DNA of 64,000 nt, taken from assembly GCA_963728125.1 (NCBI GenBank), contig CAVSIZ010000001.1:99142-163141 (forward strand), written 5' to 3'. The stretch comes from an uncultured Actinomycetota bacterium (GTDB lineage: Bacteria > Actinomycetota > Actinomycetes > CAWDCV01). The notes beneath the pieces are model-generated. The model did not search any database. It was not told where the DNA came from and worked only from the letters and a program-made list of their open reading frames with translations. Positions 29,989 to 40,438 of this stretch are shown piece after piece. Position numbers and translations under genes: made by a program. Positions within the stretch are counted from its first letter, which is position 1. Each line of letters begins with the position of its first letter.

Positions 29989-30686
29989 TCGTCCCAGGCG
30001 TCGTCGCGAGGCTGGTAGCCCAAGGTGAGGGCCTCGGTGAGGTCGGCAACCAGGTACCGGTTCATCGACGTCCCGTTGACGGCGATGAATCCGTCGACGT
30101 CGGGAGACTCGACCGCTGCGCGTATCAGGTCGGAGGCGTCCCGCGGACTCAGCCAGGCGGCACATTCCCCCGGCGGCTGCTCGCCATCTCGTGGCCGGAC
30201 GTCGTTGAAGTAGCCGATGCGCAGCGCCACCACCGACATCGATGAGGTCGCGGCGATCGCGGCGCCCAGCGCCTCGGCCCACGCCTTGGTGGCGCCGTAC
30301 AGATTCGCCGGGCGAGGAATGTCGGCGGCGCGCCGCTGCCGACCCTCCGGGTAGGCCGACACCGCATGCAGGCTGCTGGCGAGCACCAACCGGCGGACGC
30401 CACAGTCCACCGCGGCCGCGGCTACCTGATAGGGCGCGACCAGGTTGGCCGGCAGCAGGTCGTCCCAGCCGGCCCCCGGGTCGGGCATCGCCGCGAGGTG
30501 GACGACGGCGTCCGCTCCGGCGAAGGCGGCGCGGCATGCCGCCCCGTCGGTCACGTCGACCTGCCGTACGCCGGGTGCGTCCCGCAGATCGATCGGGACC
30601 AGGTCCCAGCGATCGGCGAGCGCAGCACGCACCACCGAGCCGATCCTGCCGGCGGCGCCGGTCACGACAACGCGTCGCTGCTCCAC
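29985..30686 (-). CDS. NAD-dependent epimerase/dehydratase family protein (short, about 233 aa)
   Basis: Rossmann motif VVVTGAAGRIGS and a YxxxK catalytic motif (YGATK). The start is placed at an internal GTG to avoid overlap with the divergent gene. Confidence 0.65.
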   Translation of the reverse strand: MEQRRVVVTGAAGRIGSVVRAALADRWDLVPIDLRDAPGVRQVDVTDGAACRAAFAGADAVVHLAAMPDPGAGWDDLLPANLVAPYQVAAAAVDCGVRRLVLASSLHAVSAYPEGRQRRAADIPRPANLYGATKAWAEALGAAIAATSSMSVVALRIGYFNDVRPRDGEQPPGECAAWLSPRDASDLIRAAVESPDVDGFIAVNGTSMNRYLVADLTEALTLGYQPRDDAWDD

Positions 30687-30774
30687 GCAGCGAACCGTAC
30701 GTCCCCCGGCGGAGGGAGCCGGTTGGTGCCCGCGGGGGAGGTGTCCCGCCTGCCGGTGGCGAACCGTTGCTGTC

Positions 30775-31860
30775 ATGACGACATCGCTGCAGAACCCCCG
30801 CACAACGAAAGAGTTGAGGAGATCCAGCCGGCACTGGTCGGACTGGATCGGGTACGCCGCGGCCGCGTGGGCGGCGATCTACGGCGTCGTGGCGCTGACG
30901 TGGACGCTGACTGGCCGCGGCTTCCCCTTTGGTCAGGGCGACCCGGACAACGACCTCGCGGTGCTGAGCGACCTGCCCGCGAGCCAGGGCGCGCCCATGT
31001 TCGCCGCCGTTCTGCTGGGGACCGCCGTCGTGTGCCTGGGAATCGCACGCGGCGGCGCGCCGATGGATCCGCACGACCCCTCACGACGCATGCTGCTCGC
31101 GTTCGGCTGGACCGTTGCTGGCGCGCTCCTCGTGGTTGTTCCGACGGTCGAGGTGCTCGCCTTGCTCGGGTACTTGCCCATGCTCGTGGGTGGTGCCCCG
31201 TTTGGCTGGCCGCCGGTCGACTATTCCCAGGTCTTCAGCTGGCCGCTGATCAATCAGGCCGTGGCCATGGCAGGCGGTGTCCTCGTCGCGGGCACGGTTC
31301 TCGCCTGGCAGCGCCGCACCCGGGGTTCATGCGCGAACTGCGGCCGTAGCGACGAGCCGCAAACGGCGGCACCGCGCTGGGATCGCCTGGCAGTCGCCGT
31401 GGCGATTGCCGTTCCGCTGCTCTACGCAGTGACCAGGTTCGCTTGGCTGCTCGGCATCCCGCTAGGGATCGATGCCGCCATGCTGCGTGACCTTCACGAC
31501 AGCGGCGGCGTGTGGGCAGGGGCCGGGCTGGCGGCGTTCGCCGTGGTGGGTGCGGTTCTCACGCTCGGGCTGGTGCAGCAGTGGGGTGAGGTGTTCCCAC
31601 GCTGGCTACCCATTCTCCGCGGGCGTCGCGTCCCCATCCGGCTCGCGGTCGTCCCGGCCACGCTGGTGTCGCTCGCGGTGACATCGGGCGGACTCGGAAC
31701 TCTTGCGGGCGCCGGTGAGCTCCTCGACGGCTTCGCCGCCGAGCCGTGGATGGTGATCCCGCACCTGCTCTGGCCGGTCTGGGGAGTTGCCCTCGCAGCC
31801 GCGACGTACGCCTACTGGCTGCGCCGACGCGGTCGGTGCCCGCGGTGCGGCCGGTCGTGA
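30775..31860 (+). CDS. Hypothetical polytopic membrane protein with two CxxC motifs (CANCGRS; CPRCGRS at the C-terminus)
   Basis: About 8 TM helices. There is a cysteine pair in a cytoplasmic loop and another at the extreme C-terminus. The family could not be recognised. Confidence 0.5.
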   Translation: MTTSLQNPRTTKELRRSSRHWSDWIGYAAAAWAAIYGVVALTWTLTGRGFPFGQGDPDNDLAVLSDLPASQGAPMFAAVLLGTAVVCLGIARGGAPMDPHDPSRRMLLAFGWTVAGALLVVVPTVEVLALLGYLPMLVGGAPFGWPPVDYSQVFSWPLINQAVAMAGGVLVAGTVLAWQRRTRGSCANCGRSDEPQTAAPRWDRLAVAVAIAVPLLYAVTRFAWLLGIPLGIDAAMLRDLHDSGGVWAGAGLAAFAVVGAVLTLGLVQQWGEVFPRWLPILRGRRVPIRLAVVPATLVSLAVTSGGLGTLAGAGELLDGFAAEPWMVIPHLLWPVWGVALAAATYAYWLRRRGRCPRCGRS

Positions 31861-31864
31861 CGAC

Positions 31865-33440
31865 CTACTCCCACTCGATGGTGCCGGGTGGCTTCGATGT
31901 GACGTCGAGGACCACCCGGTTGACCTGCGGCACCTCGTTGGTGATGCGAGTCGAGATGCGATTCAGCACGTCGTACGGCAGCTTCGCCCAGTCGGCCGTC
32001 ATGGCGTCCTCGCTCGTGACCGGGCGGAGAACGACCGGATGACCGTACGTACGACCGTCGCCCTGCACGCCGACGGAGCGCACGTCAGCGAGCAACACGA
32101 CCGGGCACTGCCAGATGTCCCTGTCGAGGCCCGCCAGCGACAGCTCCTCGCGCGCGATCGCGTCGGCCTCACGCAGCAGCTCGAGTCGCTCGTGCGTCAC
32201 CTCGCCGACGACGCGGATCCCGAGGCCCGGTCCGGGGAACGGCTGGCGGTGCACGATCTCTGCGGGCAAGCCGAGCTCTTCGCCGACCCGCCGCACTTCG
32301 TCCTTGAACAGCCGGCGTAACGGCTCGACGAGCTGGAACTGCAGATCGTCGGGGAGCCCACCGACGTTGTGATGCGACTTGATGGTGGCCGCGCCTTCGC
32401 CCCCGCCTGACTCGACGACGTCGGGATAGAGCGTGCCCTGGACGAGGAACTCGACCTCCTCGCCGTGCTCGCCCGCCTCGGCCACGACGTCACGCGCGGC
32501 CTGCTCGAACGTGCGGATGAACTCCCGACCGATGATCTTGCGCTTGTCCTCGGGCTCGGTCACACCCGCGAGGGCCTTGAGGAACGTCTCGTGTGCCTCG
32601 ACGACGTGCAGCTGCACGCCGGTAGCAGCCACGTAGTCACGCTCGACCTGCTCGGCCTCGCCCTTGCGCAGCAGGCCGTGATCGACGAACACGCAGGTGA
32701 GCCGGTCGCCGACAGCACGTTGCACGAGCGCTGCCGCCACGGCCGAGTCGACGCCGCCGGACAGGCCGCAGACGACGCGCTTGTCGCCGATCTGCGCGCG
32801 GATCGCGTCGACCGCGGAATCGACGATGTTGACCATCGTCCACGTCGGACGGCATCCGGCGCCCTCGTACAGGAACCGCTCCAACACCTGCTGGCCATGC
32901 GGCGTGTGCAGCACCTCGGGGTGGAACTGGATGCCGTATAGCCGGCGCTGCGCGTCCTCAAATGCGGCGACCGGCGAGCCGTTGCTCACGGCCGTGACAG
33001 TGAATCCGGCCGGCGCCTGAACGACGGAGTCACCGTGCGACATCCAGACAGATTGCTCCGCCGGCAAGCCGTGGAACAGGGTCGCAGCATCGACGATTCG
33101 CAGCGGGGTGCCGCCGTACTCACCGCGTCCGGTGTGAGCCACGGTGCCGCCGAGCGTGAGCGCCATCGCCTGAAAGCCGTAGCAGATGCCGAGCGTCGGT
33201 ACGGCCCCGTCGAACAGCGCCGGGTCCGCTTGCGGCGCGCCAGGTGCGTACACCGACGAGGGACCGCCGGACAGGATGATGGCTTTGGGCTTACGCGCCA
33301 GCATGTCCTCGACCGGCATCGTGTGCGGCACGATCTCGCTGTAGACCCGCGCCTCGCGCACCCGGCGGGCGATCAGTTGCGCGTACTGTGCGCCGAAATC
33401 GACGACGAGAACGAGATCGGGCGCGTCAGCCGGATTCACC
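31865..33440 (-). CDS. guaA: GMP synthase [glutamine-hydrolysing]
   Basis: GATase domain with the catalytic Cys (GICYGFQ), ATP-PPase SGGVDS motif and a C-terminal dimerisation domain. The start is the GTG (or TTG) at about 33440. Confidence 0.9.
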
Positions 33441-33472
33441 TCGGCAAGCCTATGTGAGATAGACAGGCGCCC

Positions 33473-34423
33473 GTGCAGCGCTACGGCTTGACCATTCCCC
33501 TGGACGGCCTGCCCCTGGCGGAGCAGCGTGATCTCATCGCCGCCCTGCCGGACCTGGGCTGGACCGACGTGTGGTCCTCCGAGGTCAACGGCGCAGACGC
33601 GTTCACGCCGCTTGTGCTGGCCAGCCAGTGGGCGCCGGCACTGCGACTGGGTACGGCCATCGTCCCCGTGCACACGCGCGGACCAGCGCTGATCGCCCAG
33701 TCCGCGGCGGCACTCGCAGCCGTCGCGCCCGGCCGCGTCGCGCTGGGCATCGGTGCGTCGTCGCGCGTCATCGTTAGCGATTGGAACGGGCTCGAGTACG
33801 AGGCACCGTACGCGCGAGTCCGCGACACGCTGCACTTCCTACGCGCAGCATTGAGCGGCGACAAGGTGACGGAGTCGTACGACACGTTCTCGGTCCGCGG
33901 CTTCCGGCTCGCGCATGCACCTTCGGAGCCCGTACCAGTGCTGCTCGCTGCCCTGCGGCCGCAGATGCTCCGGCTGGCGTCGACCGAGGCCGACGGCGTA
34001 ATCCTCAACTGGCTGTCGGCTGACGATGTTGCGCAGGTGTCAACAGTGATCGGCGACGCGACGGAAGTGGCGGCGCGCATCTTCGTCGCACCATCGACCA
34101 ACACCGATGCCGTGCGCGCCATGGCGCGGCAGTTCATCGCCGCGTACTTGACCGTTCCGGCGTACGCCGCTTTCCACGACTGGCTTGGCCGTGCCGACGT
34201 CTTGGGCGATATGTGGCGGTTGTGGCGTGACGGCGATCGTCGCGGCGCAGCCAATGCAGTGCCCGATGCTGTTGTCGACGACCTCATCGTGCACGGCTCG
34301 CCGTCGCAGTGCCGCGAGCACGTTGCGCAGTACGTCGAGGCCGGGGTGACCACGCCCATCCTTGCGGTACTGCCGACTGGCACCGATCCGCGTCAGGTGA
34401 TTCATGACCTCGCGCCGAGCTGA
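33473..34423 (+). CDS. LLM class F420-dependent oxidoreductase (luciferase-like monooxygenase fold)
   Basis: 316 aa with a luciferase-like TIM-barrel pattern typical of actinobacterial F420 enzymes. Confidence 0.75.
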   Translation: MQRYGLTIPLDGLPLAEQRDLIAALPDLGWTDVWSSEVNGADAFTPLVLASQWAPALRLGTAIVPVHTRGPALIAQSAAALAAVAPGRVALGIGASSRVIVSDWNGLEYEAPYARVRDTLHFLRAALSGDKVTESYDTFSVRGFRLAHAPSEPVPVLLAALRPQMLRLASTEADGVILNWLSADDVAQVSTVIGDATEVAARIFVAPSTNTDAVRAMARQFIAAYLTVPAYAAFHDWLGRADVLGDMWRLWRDGDRRGAANAVPDAVVDDLIVHGSPSQCREHVAQYVEAGVTTPILAVLPTGTDPRQVIHDLAPS

Positions 34424-34448
34424 TTCACCCCGGGCCTAGCATCGTCGT

Positions 34449-35444
34449 GTGGCGAACATGAGCGCCCTGATCGACGTGCAGGACCTGGTCAAGGTGTACG
34501 GCGCAGACAACCGTGCCGTCGACGGGATCACCTTCGCTGTCCAACCTGGCGAGCTGTTCGGTTTCCTCGGGCCGAACGGCGCGGGGAAGACGACCACGAT
34601 CCGCATCCTGGCCACGCTGCTCGACGCAACGAGCGGTGTCGCGCGGGTAGCCGGGTTCGACGTTGCTACGCAGCCGTACGAGGTCCGCCGGCGACTGGGA
34701 CTCGCGATGCAGACGCCGACACTGGATGCCTTCTCCACCGGGCGCGAAACGTTGGAGCTTGCCGGCTACCTGCATCGGATGCCTCCCGCCGAGATCAAGA
34801 GCCGCGCCGACGAGCTGCTGGAGCTGATGGGCCTGACATCCGTCGCGAAGAAGTTGACCGGCACCTACTCGGGCGGCATGAAACGGCGGCTCGATCTCGC
34901 CAGCGCGCTCGTGCATCGGCCGCAGGTGCTGATCCTCGACGAACCGACGGAGGGCCTCGATCCGCAAAGCCGCACGGCACTGTGGGAGGAACTCGAGCGC
35001 ATCAATGCAGCGGGTACGGCGATGCTGCTCACGACCCATTACATGGAGGAAGCGGATCGGCTCTGCAGCAGGCTCGCCATCATCGACAACGGCACCATCG
35101 TCATCGAGGGCCAGCCCGCGGAGTTGAAACGCAGCATCGGCGCGGACACCGTGATCCTTCAGCTGGAGTCTGCGGACCCGGAACCGCAGCGTGCGGAGGC
35201 GCGTCGCTTGCTCGATGGCCTGGTCGCGGTGGAGGACATCGCCGACCATCCGCTCGGCCTCAGCCTCGCCGTACCGAATGCCAGCGCCGAGATCCCCTCG
35301 CTGCTGCGCCGGCTCGACGGCGCGGGCTTGCACATTGCCGGGCTGCAGATGAGTCAACCCAGCCTGGACGACGTCTTCCTGAAGTACACCGGTCGGCGTA
35401 TCCGTGAAGAGGCGGCCGACCAGCCAATCCTCATGGGGTGGTGA
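34449..35444 (+). CDS. ABC transporter ATP-binding protein (ABC-2/DrrA-like)
   Basis: Walker A GPNGAGKTT, ABC signature LSGGMKRRL and Walker B ILILDEPT. Confidence 0.88.
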   Translation: MANMSALIDVQDLVKVYGADNRAVDGITFAVQPGELFGFLGPNGAGKTTTIRILATLLDATSGVARVAGFDVATQPYEVRRRLGLAMQTPTLDAFSTGRETLELAGYLHRMPPAEIKSRADELLELMGLTSVAKKLTGTYSGGMKRRLDLASALVHRPQVLILDEPTEGLDPQSRTALWEELERINAAGTAMLLTTHYMEEADRLCSRLAIIDNGTIVIEGQPAELKRSIGADTVILQLESADPEPQRAEARRLLDGLVAVEDIADHPLGLSLAVPNASAEIPSLLRRLDGAGLHIAGLQMSQPSLDDVFLKYTGRRIREEAADQPILMGW

Positions 35445-35451
35445 CAAATCG

Positions 35452-36222
35452 ATGTCGGGGATCGCCTATGAGACGTACCACCTCGGATTGCGAACGACCC
35501 GCCGGTTCATTCGGGTACCGGCCAACCTGATCAGCATCCTGTTCTTCCCGCTGATCCAGCTGCTCGTCTTCAGCCAGCTGTATCAGGACATCGTGCAGCT
35601 GCCTGGGTTCGGGGGGCAGTCGAGTTACCTCGCCTACCTGGCGCCGGGGCAGGTCGCCTTCACGGCCTTCATGGCGGTCGCGTGGTCCGGGTACGGCCTG
35701 CTCGTCGAATATCGCAACGGGTACATCGACAAGCTGCGTGCCAGCCCGATCCGCCGCTGGTCGATCCTCGCTGCGGAGATGGTGCCGCTGTTCTTCCAGG
35801 CGGCCATCATGTCCGCGATCGTGCTGCTCGTGAGCGTCGCGCTTGGTGCATCGATCGCCACCGGGGTCGGCGGCTTCTTTCTCATCGTGGCGCTCGCCGG
35901 CATCTTCGGCGTGGCCCTGGCCGGCGCGAGCTTCATCCCGGCGCTGCTGACCAAGAGCGAGCAAGCGACGTCGACGTTCTCGCTGCTGCTCTTTCCGCTG
36001 ATGTTCGCGTCGACCGCGTTCGTGCCCGAGGCGCTCATGCCGGGCTGGCTGCGCGTCGTGAACGACTGGAACCCGATCAGCTACCTCATCGAGGCAATTC
36101 GTTCCCTGATGGTGACCGGGTACGACTGGCAGGCGATCGGGACGGCGCTGGTCTCAATCGGAATCATCGGCGTCATCCTGCAGGTTGCCACGCTCTGGGC
36201 CTTCCACCGCCTGGCCCGCTGA
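35452..36222 (+). CDS. ABC-2 type transporter permease
   Basis: Six-TM ABC-2 permease immediately downstream of the ATPase. Confidence 0.8.
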   Translation: MSGIAYETYHLGLRTTRRFIRVPANLISILFFPLIQLLVFSQLYQDIVQLPGFGGQSSYLAYLAPGQVAFTAFMAVAWSGYGLLVEYRNGYIDKLRASPIRRWSILAAEMVPLFFQAAIMSAIVLLVSVALGASIATGVGGFFLIVALAGIFGVALAGASFIPALLTKSEQATSTFSLLLFPLMFASTAFVPEALMPGWLRVVNDWNPISYLIEAIRSLMVTGYDWQAIGTALVSIGIIGVILQVATLWAFHRLAR

Positions 36223-36230
36223 TCGGCGCG

Positions 36231-36296
36231 CCTTCATGATCGTGTGATGCCGAACACGTGAGCCGCGCGGCGTGTTGTCTGGATTGGCATCACCTG
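36231..36296 (-). repeat. Degenerate hairpin element with a core-like CGGCGTGTTGTC, flanked by the GTGATGCC/GGCATCAC inverted repeat
   Basis: CCTTCATGATCGTGTGATGCC ... CGGCGTGTTGTC ... GGCATCAC. It shares its left-end sequence with the 23007 element. Confidence 0.5.
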
Positions 36297-36314
36297 GTGG
36301 GCTCGATAGCCACC

Positions 36315-36665
36315 TCACGCTGCGGGAAGGACCTGACGGCCGCGGGCGACCACGGCCACGGGGCGGCGGAGGGCGGTGATGTCGGTCAACGGGTTGCCGT
36401 CGACCACCAGCAGATCCGCTGCCAGCCCGACGCGCAGGCGGCCGGTTCGGGTGGCGAGTCCGCATGCGTCCGCGGCGCGGCTGGTGGCGCCGACGAGTGT
36501 CTCACTCGCGGGCACGCCGATACCGGCGAGCTCGATCACAGCTTCTGGAAGCACGCCGTGTCGCTTCGTGGGGTTGATGCCCGAATCCACCCCGGCGATC
36601 AGCGCCACGCCTGCGTCGTACAGCGCTCGCACCTGTGGCCGACGTAGCTCCCAGGTCATCCCCAT
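36315..36665 (-). pseudogene. Amidohydrolase-family C-terminal fragment (116 aa), a gene remnant
   Basis: It matches only the C-terminal about 110 residues of metal-dependent amidohydrolases (...LAADLLVVDGNPLTDI...). There is no N-terminal catalytic portion. Confidence 0.5.
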
Positions 36666-37186
36666 CCGGTCGAGAAATTCCTGGATACGTGGGGCGACGG
36701 GTACTTCGGGGTCTCGGCCGAGCGTGGGGCAGACGAAGACTGCTGCCGAAGTAGCTGGTCGGGACCGTGCAGCGATACGAACAGCGCCCCGTCGATGTGG
36801 CCGCCACCGGCGAACCGCGCGAAGCGCCCGCGATCCTCCGCCGAGGCCAGCACGACGAAGATCAGCTGCCGACGATGCTGTGACACCGTCGTGTGCGCGC
36901 CACGAAGCACCGTGGCGAAGAACGGGTCCGCGAAGAAGCGCTCCTCCGTTTCGGCGACCACGAAAGCCACCGACTCGCTCCGCTTGGTGACCAGCGCGCG
37001 TGCGGCGAGATTGGGGACATAGCCGAGCCGTTCGGCAGCAGCCAGGACCGCCGTCTTGGCGCGCTCACTGACCTGTGGCGACCCCGACAGCACCCGACTC
37101 GCGGTGCCCCGCGAGACACCGGCCTCTGCGGCGACCAGCTCCAGCGTCGGCGCAGCGGGCCGCCGAGCAGGAGCCTCGTCAACCAT
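36656..37186 (-). pseudogene. LacI-family transcriptional regulator, truncated or frameshifted after about 145 aa
   Basis: Intact HTH (LELVAAEAGVSRGTASRVLSG) and the beginning of the periplasmic-binding-like domain. The frame then degenerates and runs into the amidohydrolase remnant. Confidence 0.55.
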
Positions 37187-38879
37187 GGCGCGCCTCCTGC
37201 GTCAGCGCCGCGGGTGCGCCCTCCGGGACGACCGGAGAGACGGGGGTTACGGCATCCAACGCAACGTACGCCGATCCCACGGGCGGTCGCGCATCCGCCT
37301 CGCCGCGGTTGGGCCAAAACGACATCGCTCGTTCCGCCAGCGCTGTGATCGTCAGCGCAGGGTTGACGCCGAGGTTCGCCGACACCGTCGACCCGTCGAC
37401 GATGTGCAACCCGTCGTACCCGAACACCCGATGCCACGCGTCGATGACACCGGTGCGCGGGGATGCGCCGATCGGGCAACCACCGATGAAGTGCGCTGTC
37501 ACCGGACGGTCGAGCAGCTCCGTCACCGAACCGCCCGGATCGCCGCCCATACGGCGCGCGAGCCGCCGCGTCACGTCGTGAGCCACCGGGATCCAGGTGG
37601 GGTTCGGCGGACCGTGCCCCTGCCTGGTCGTCAGCCAACCGAACCGCGTGCGGCTCACGGTCAACGAGTTGTCGAGCGACTGCATGACAAGCGCAATGAC
37701 CGATCGTTCCGACCAGTGGCGTACGGACAGGGAGCGCGCGAAGGTCCGCGGGCGTCGTACAGCCGCACCGACGAAGCGCACCGAACGCGGCACCCGTGAC
37801 CCACCGTCGACGAGCACTGTCGTCAGCAAGCCCATCGCGTTCGATCCGTGTCCATATCGGCACGGCTCGATGTGCGTCGAACCATCGGGGTGGAATGACG
37901 ACGTGATGGCGACACCGCGGGAGTAGTCAACCTGCCGATCGCGAGCGGACGCGACGAGGATGGCTTCGGAATTGGTCCGTGACAGTTCACCTAGTCGTTG
38001 CGACAGCTTCGGCAGCACGCCGCGGTCGCGCATGCGATGGAGGAGGCGCTGCGTTCCCAAGGTGCCGGCGGCGAGGACAACATGCTGCGCACGCATCGTT
38101 CGATGCTGCAATCGACCGGGTGGCGAGCTCGGTCGTACGTCGACCACCCACCGGTCGTCGACCGGTCGAACAGCTGTGACGGTCGTGTCGGGATGCACGA
38201 CAGCACCGGCGTGTTCGGCAAGGTACAGGTAGTTCTTCACCATGGTGTTCTTTGCGCCGATGCGGCATCCGGTCATGCACGATCCGCACTCGATGCAGCT
38301 TCGGCGACGTGGTCCGACGCCGCCGAAGAACGGATCCTCGACATCGTCGCCGGGGCGCGTCCGGGGACGTGCGAAGAGAACGCCGACCGGCGTGCGTCGG
38401 TAGGTATGCCCAACGCCCATCTCTTCGGCGATGGCGCGGACATGCTCGTCGGCCGGTGTTGTCGTCGGATTCTCGGCGACGCCGAGCATGCGCTGCGCCT
38501 GGTCGTAGTACCGCGCCAGCTCCGCGCGCCAATCGGTGATGTCGCGCCATTGCGGATCGTCGTAGAACGGCTGCGGTGGCGTGTACAGCGTGTTGGCGTA
38601 GTTGAGCGAGCCACCGCCGACGCCGGCACCCGCTACCACGAGCACATTGCGCAGCAGCGTCAGGCGCTGCACGCCGTAGCAGCCGAGCCACGGCGCCCAC
38701 AGCCAGCGGCGCAGGTCCCACGACGTCGTCGGCAGCTCATGGTCGGCGAATCGTCGCCCCGCCTCGAGAATGCCGACGCGGTAACCCTTTTCGGTGAGGC
38801 GCAGTGCTGTGACGGAACCGCCGAAGCCGGATCCCACGACGATGACGTCATAGTCGAGCTCCGTGGAGGGTCGTGTCAT
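37179..38879 (-). CDS. choD: GMC-family oxidoreductase, cholesterol oxidase-like
   Basis: FAD motif DVIVVGSGFGGS and GMC signatures. It lies downstream of the guaB pair, as choD does in mycobacteria. The start overlaps the ALDH stop (ATGA). Confidence 0.8.
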   Translation of the reverse strand: MTRPSTELDYDVIVVGSGFGGSVTALRLTEKGYRVGILEAGRRFADHELPTTSWDLRRWLWAPWLGCYGVQRLTLLRNVLVVAGAGVGGGSLNYANTLYTPPQPFYDDPQWRDITDWRAELARYYDQAQRMLGVAENPTTTPADEHVRAIAEEMGVGHTYRRTPVGVLFARPRTRPGDDVEDPFFGGVGPRRRSCIECGSCMTGCRIGAKNTMVKNYLYLAEHAGAVVHPDTTVTAVRPVDDRWVVDVRPSSPPGRLQHRTMRAQHVVLAAGTLGTQRLLHRMRDRGVLPKLSQRLGELSRTNSEAILVASARDRQVDYSRGVAITSSFHPDGSTHIEPCRYGHGSNAMGLLTTVLVDGGSRVPRSVRFVGAAVRRPRTFARSLSVRHWSERSVIALVMQSLDNSLTVSRTRFGWLTTRQGHGPPNPTWIPVAHDVTRRLARRMGGDPGGSVTELLDRPVTAHFIGGCPIGASPRTGVIDAWHRVFGYDGLHIVDGSTVSANLGVNPALTITALAERAMSFWPNRGEADARPPVGSAYVALDAVTPVSPVVPEGAPAALTQEARHG

Positions 38880-40405
38880 CGCATACCGAGACGCTTGGTC
38901 CACTCCAGGTACGTCGTGAACACGCGAGCCCACGTCTCGTTGGAGACACCGGGCGGAGCGGTGAGTGGTATCAGTCGCTGGACCGCAACCGTCTGCGCAT
39001 CGGTGTACTTGAGCATGCCCTCGCGTCCGTGCCGGCGGCCGAGGCCGGACTGCTTCATGCCACCCATGGGCGAGGTGAAGCTGCCGTACGTGGCGTGGTA
39101 GGCGTCGTTGACGCCGACGCTGCCTGCTTGAATGCGTTCAGCGAGGCGTCGCCCGTAGGGGATGTCGCTCGTCCAGACACTCGCGTTGAGGCCGTACTCG
39201 GTGTCGTTAGCTCGAGCAACGGCTTCGTCGTCGGTGCTGAACGAGCTCACCGTGACGACCGGGCCGAAGGTCTCCTCGCGGCAGACGGCCATCTCTTCGG
39301 TGACACCGTCGAGGACGGTGGGCTCGTAGAAGTATGGGCCCAGGTCCGGTCGGGCCCGGCCACCGGCGAGCACCCGCGCGCCCTTCGCCACGGCTTCGTC
39401 GACGTGCGCACTGACAGCATCCAGTTGCCGCTGCGACACCAGTGATCCCATATCGATCGACCAGTCGTCACCGGGCCCGATCCGCATCGCTGCCACGCGC
39501 TCGGCGAACGCAGTCACGAAGGAGTCGCGCACCCGCTCGTCGACGTAGATGCGCTCCGTCGAGATGCACAGCTGCCCGGTCGACGTGAAGCATGCGCGGA
39601 CGGCGCTTTCGGCAGTTCGCTCGATGTCGGCATCGTGCAACACCAGCATCGGGTTCTTGCCGCCCAGTTCGAGCGACGCTCCTATCAACCGTGCTGCCGC
39701 CCGCTGCGCAACGTCGCGTCCAGTCTTCGTCGAACCGGTGAAGCACACATAGTCGGTGGTGTCGACGATGGCTCCGCCGACAGCCGGCCCGTCACCGAGG
39801 ACGAGCTGCCACAACTGCTCGGGAAGCCCGGCCTCGATGATCAGGTCGACGAGCCACGCCGCGGTCAGCGGAACCTGGCTGTCCGGCTTCTGCACGACAG
39901 CATTCCCAGCGAGCAGCGCCGCGATCGTGTCACTTGCACCGAGCACCAGCGGGTAGTTCCAGGGCGAGATGACACCGACGACGCCCTTGGGGCGGTGGTA
40001 CTCGACGGTTCGCGTGGCGACGGGCATCGCGCCCGCGCGCCGACGTGGCCGCAGGTAGCCCGGCGCCCGCCGAGCGACGACCCGGGCATTTGCCGCGACG
40101 CCGGCCAGTTCCTCGAAGGCCGACGCGCGCGACTTTCCGTTCTCGAGCTGAACCAGGTCGAGCGCTTCGTGTTGACGCTGCAGGAGCAGATCGTGAAAGC
40201 GCAGCACCACCCGCGCGCGATCAGCGACGCTGCGGCTAGCCCACGCCGGCTGTACCTCTCGTGCGACGGCCACGGCACGCTCGACATCGTGCGGCGTCGA
40301 CAGCGGAAGATCGGCGATCGGCTTGCCCGTGAATGGCGCATACGTCGTCATCCGGTCCGGCTGCCCTAAGACGACGAATCGTGACGCCAGCCGCTCCGTG
40401 TCCAT
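38876..40405 (-). CDS. Aldehyde dehydrogenase family protein (succinate-semialdehyde dehydrogenase-like)
   Basis: ALDH catalytic Cys region (FTSTGQLCISTERIYV) and the Glu motif LELGGKNP. Confidence 0.85.
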   Translation of the reverse strand: MDTERLASRFVVLGQPDRMTTYAPFTGKPIADLPLSTPHDVERAVAVAREVQPAWASRSVADRARVVLRFHDLLLQRQHEALDLVQLENGKSRASAFEELAGVAANARVVARRAPGYLRPRRRAGAMPVATRTVEYHRPKGVVGVISPWNYPLVLGASDTIAALLAGNAVVQKPDSQVPLTAAWLVDLIIEAGLPEQLWQLVLGDGPAVGGAIVDTTDYVCFTGSTKTGRDVAQRAAARLIGASLELGGKNPMLVLHDADIERTAESAVRACFTSTGQLCISTERIYVDERVRDSFVTAFAERVAAMRIGPGDDWSIDMGSLVSQRQLDAVSAHVDEAVAKGARVLAGGRARPDLGPYFYEPTVLDGVTEEMAVCREETFGPVVTVSSFSTDDEAVARANDTEYGLNASVWTSDIPYGRRLAERIQAGSVGVNDAYHATYGSFTSPMGGMKQSGLGRRHGREGMLKYTDAQTVAVQRLIPLTAPPGVSNETWARVFTTYLEWTKRLGMR

Positions 40406-40438
40406 GATGCGAGCGTAAACGCTGATCTGTGAGACCCC

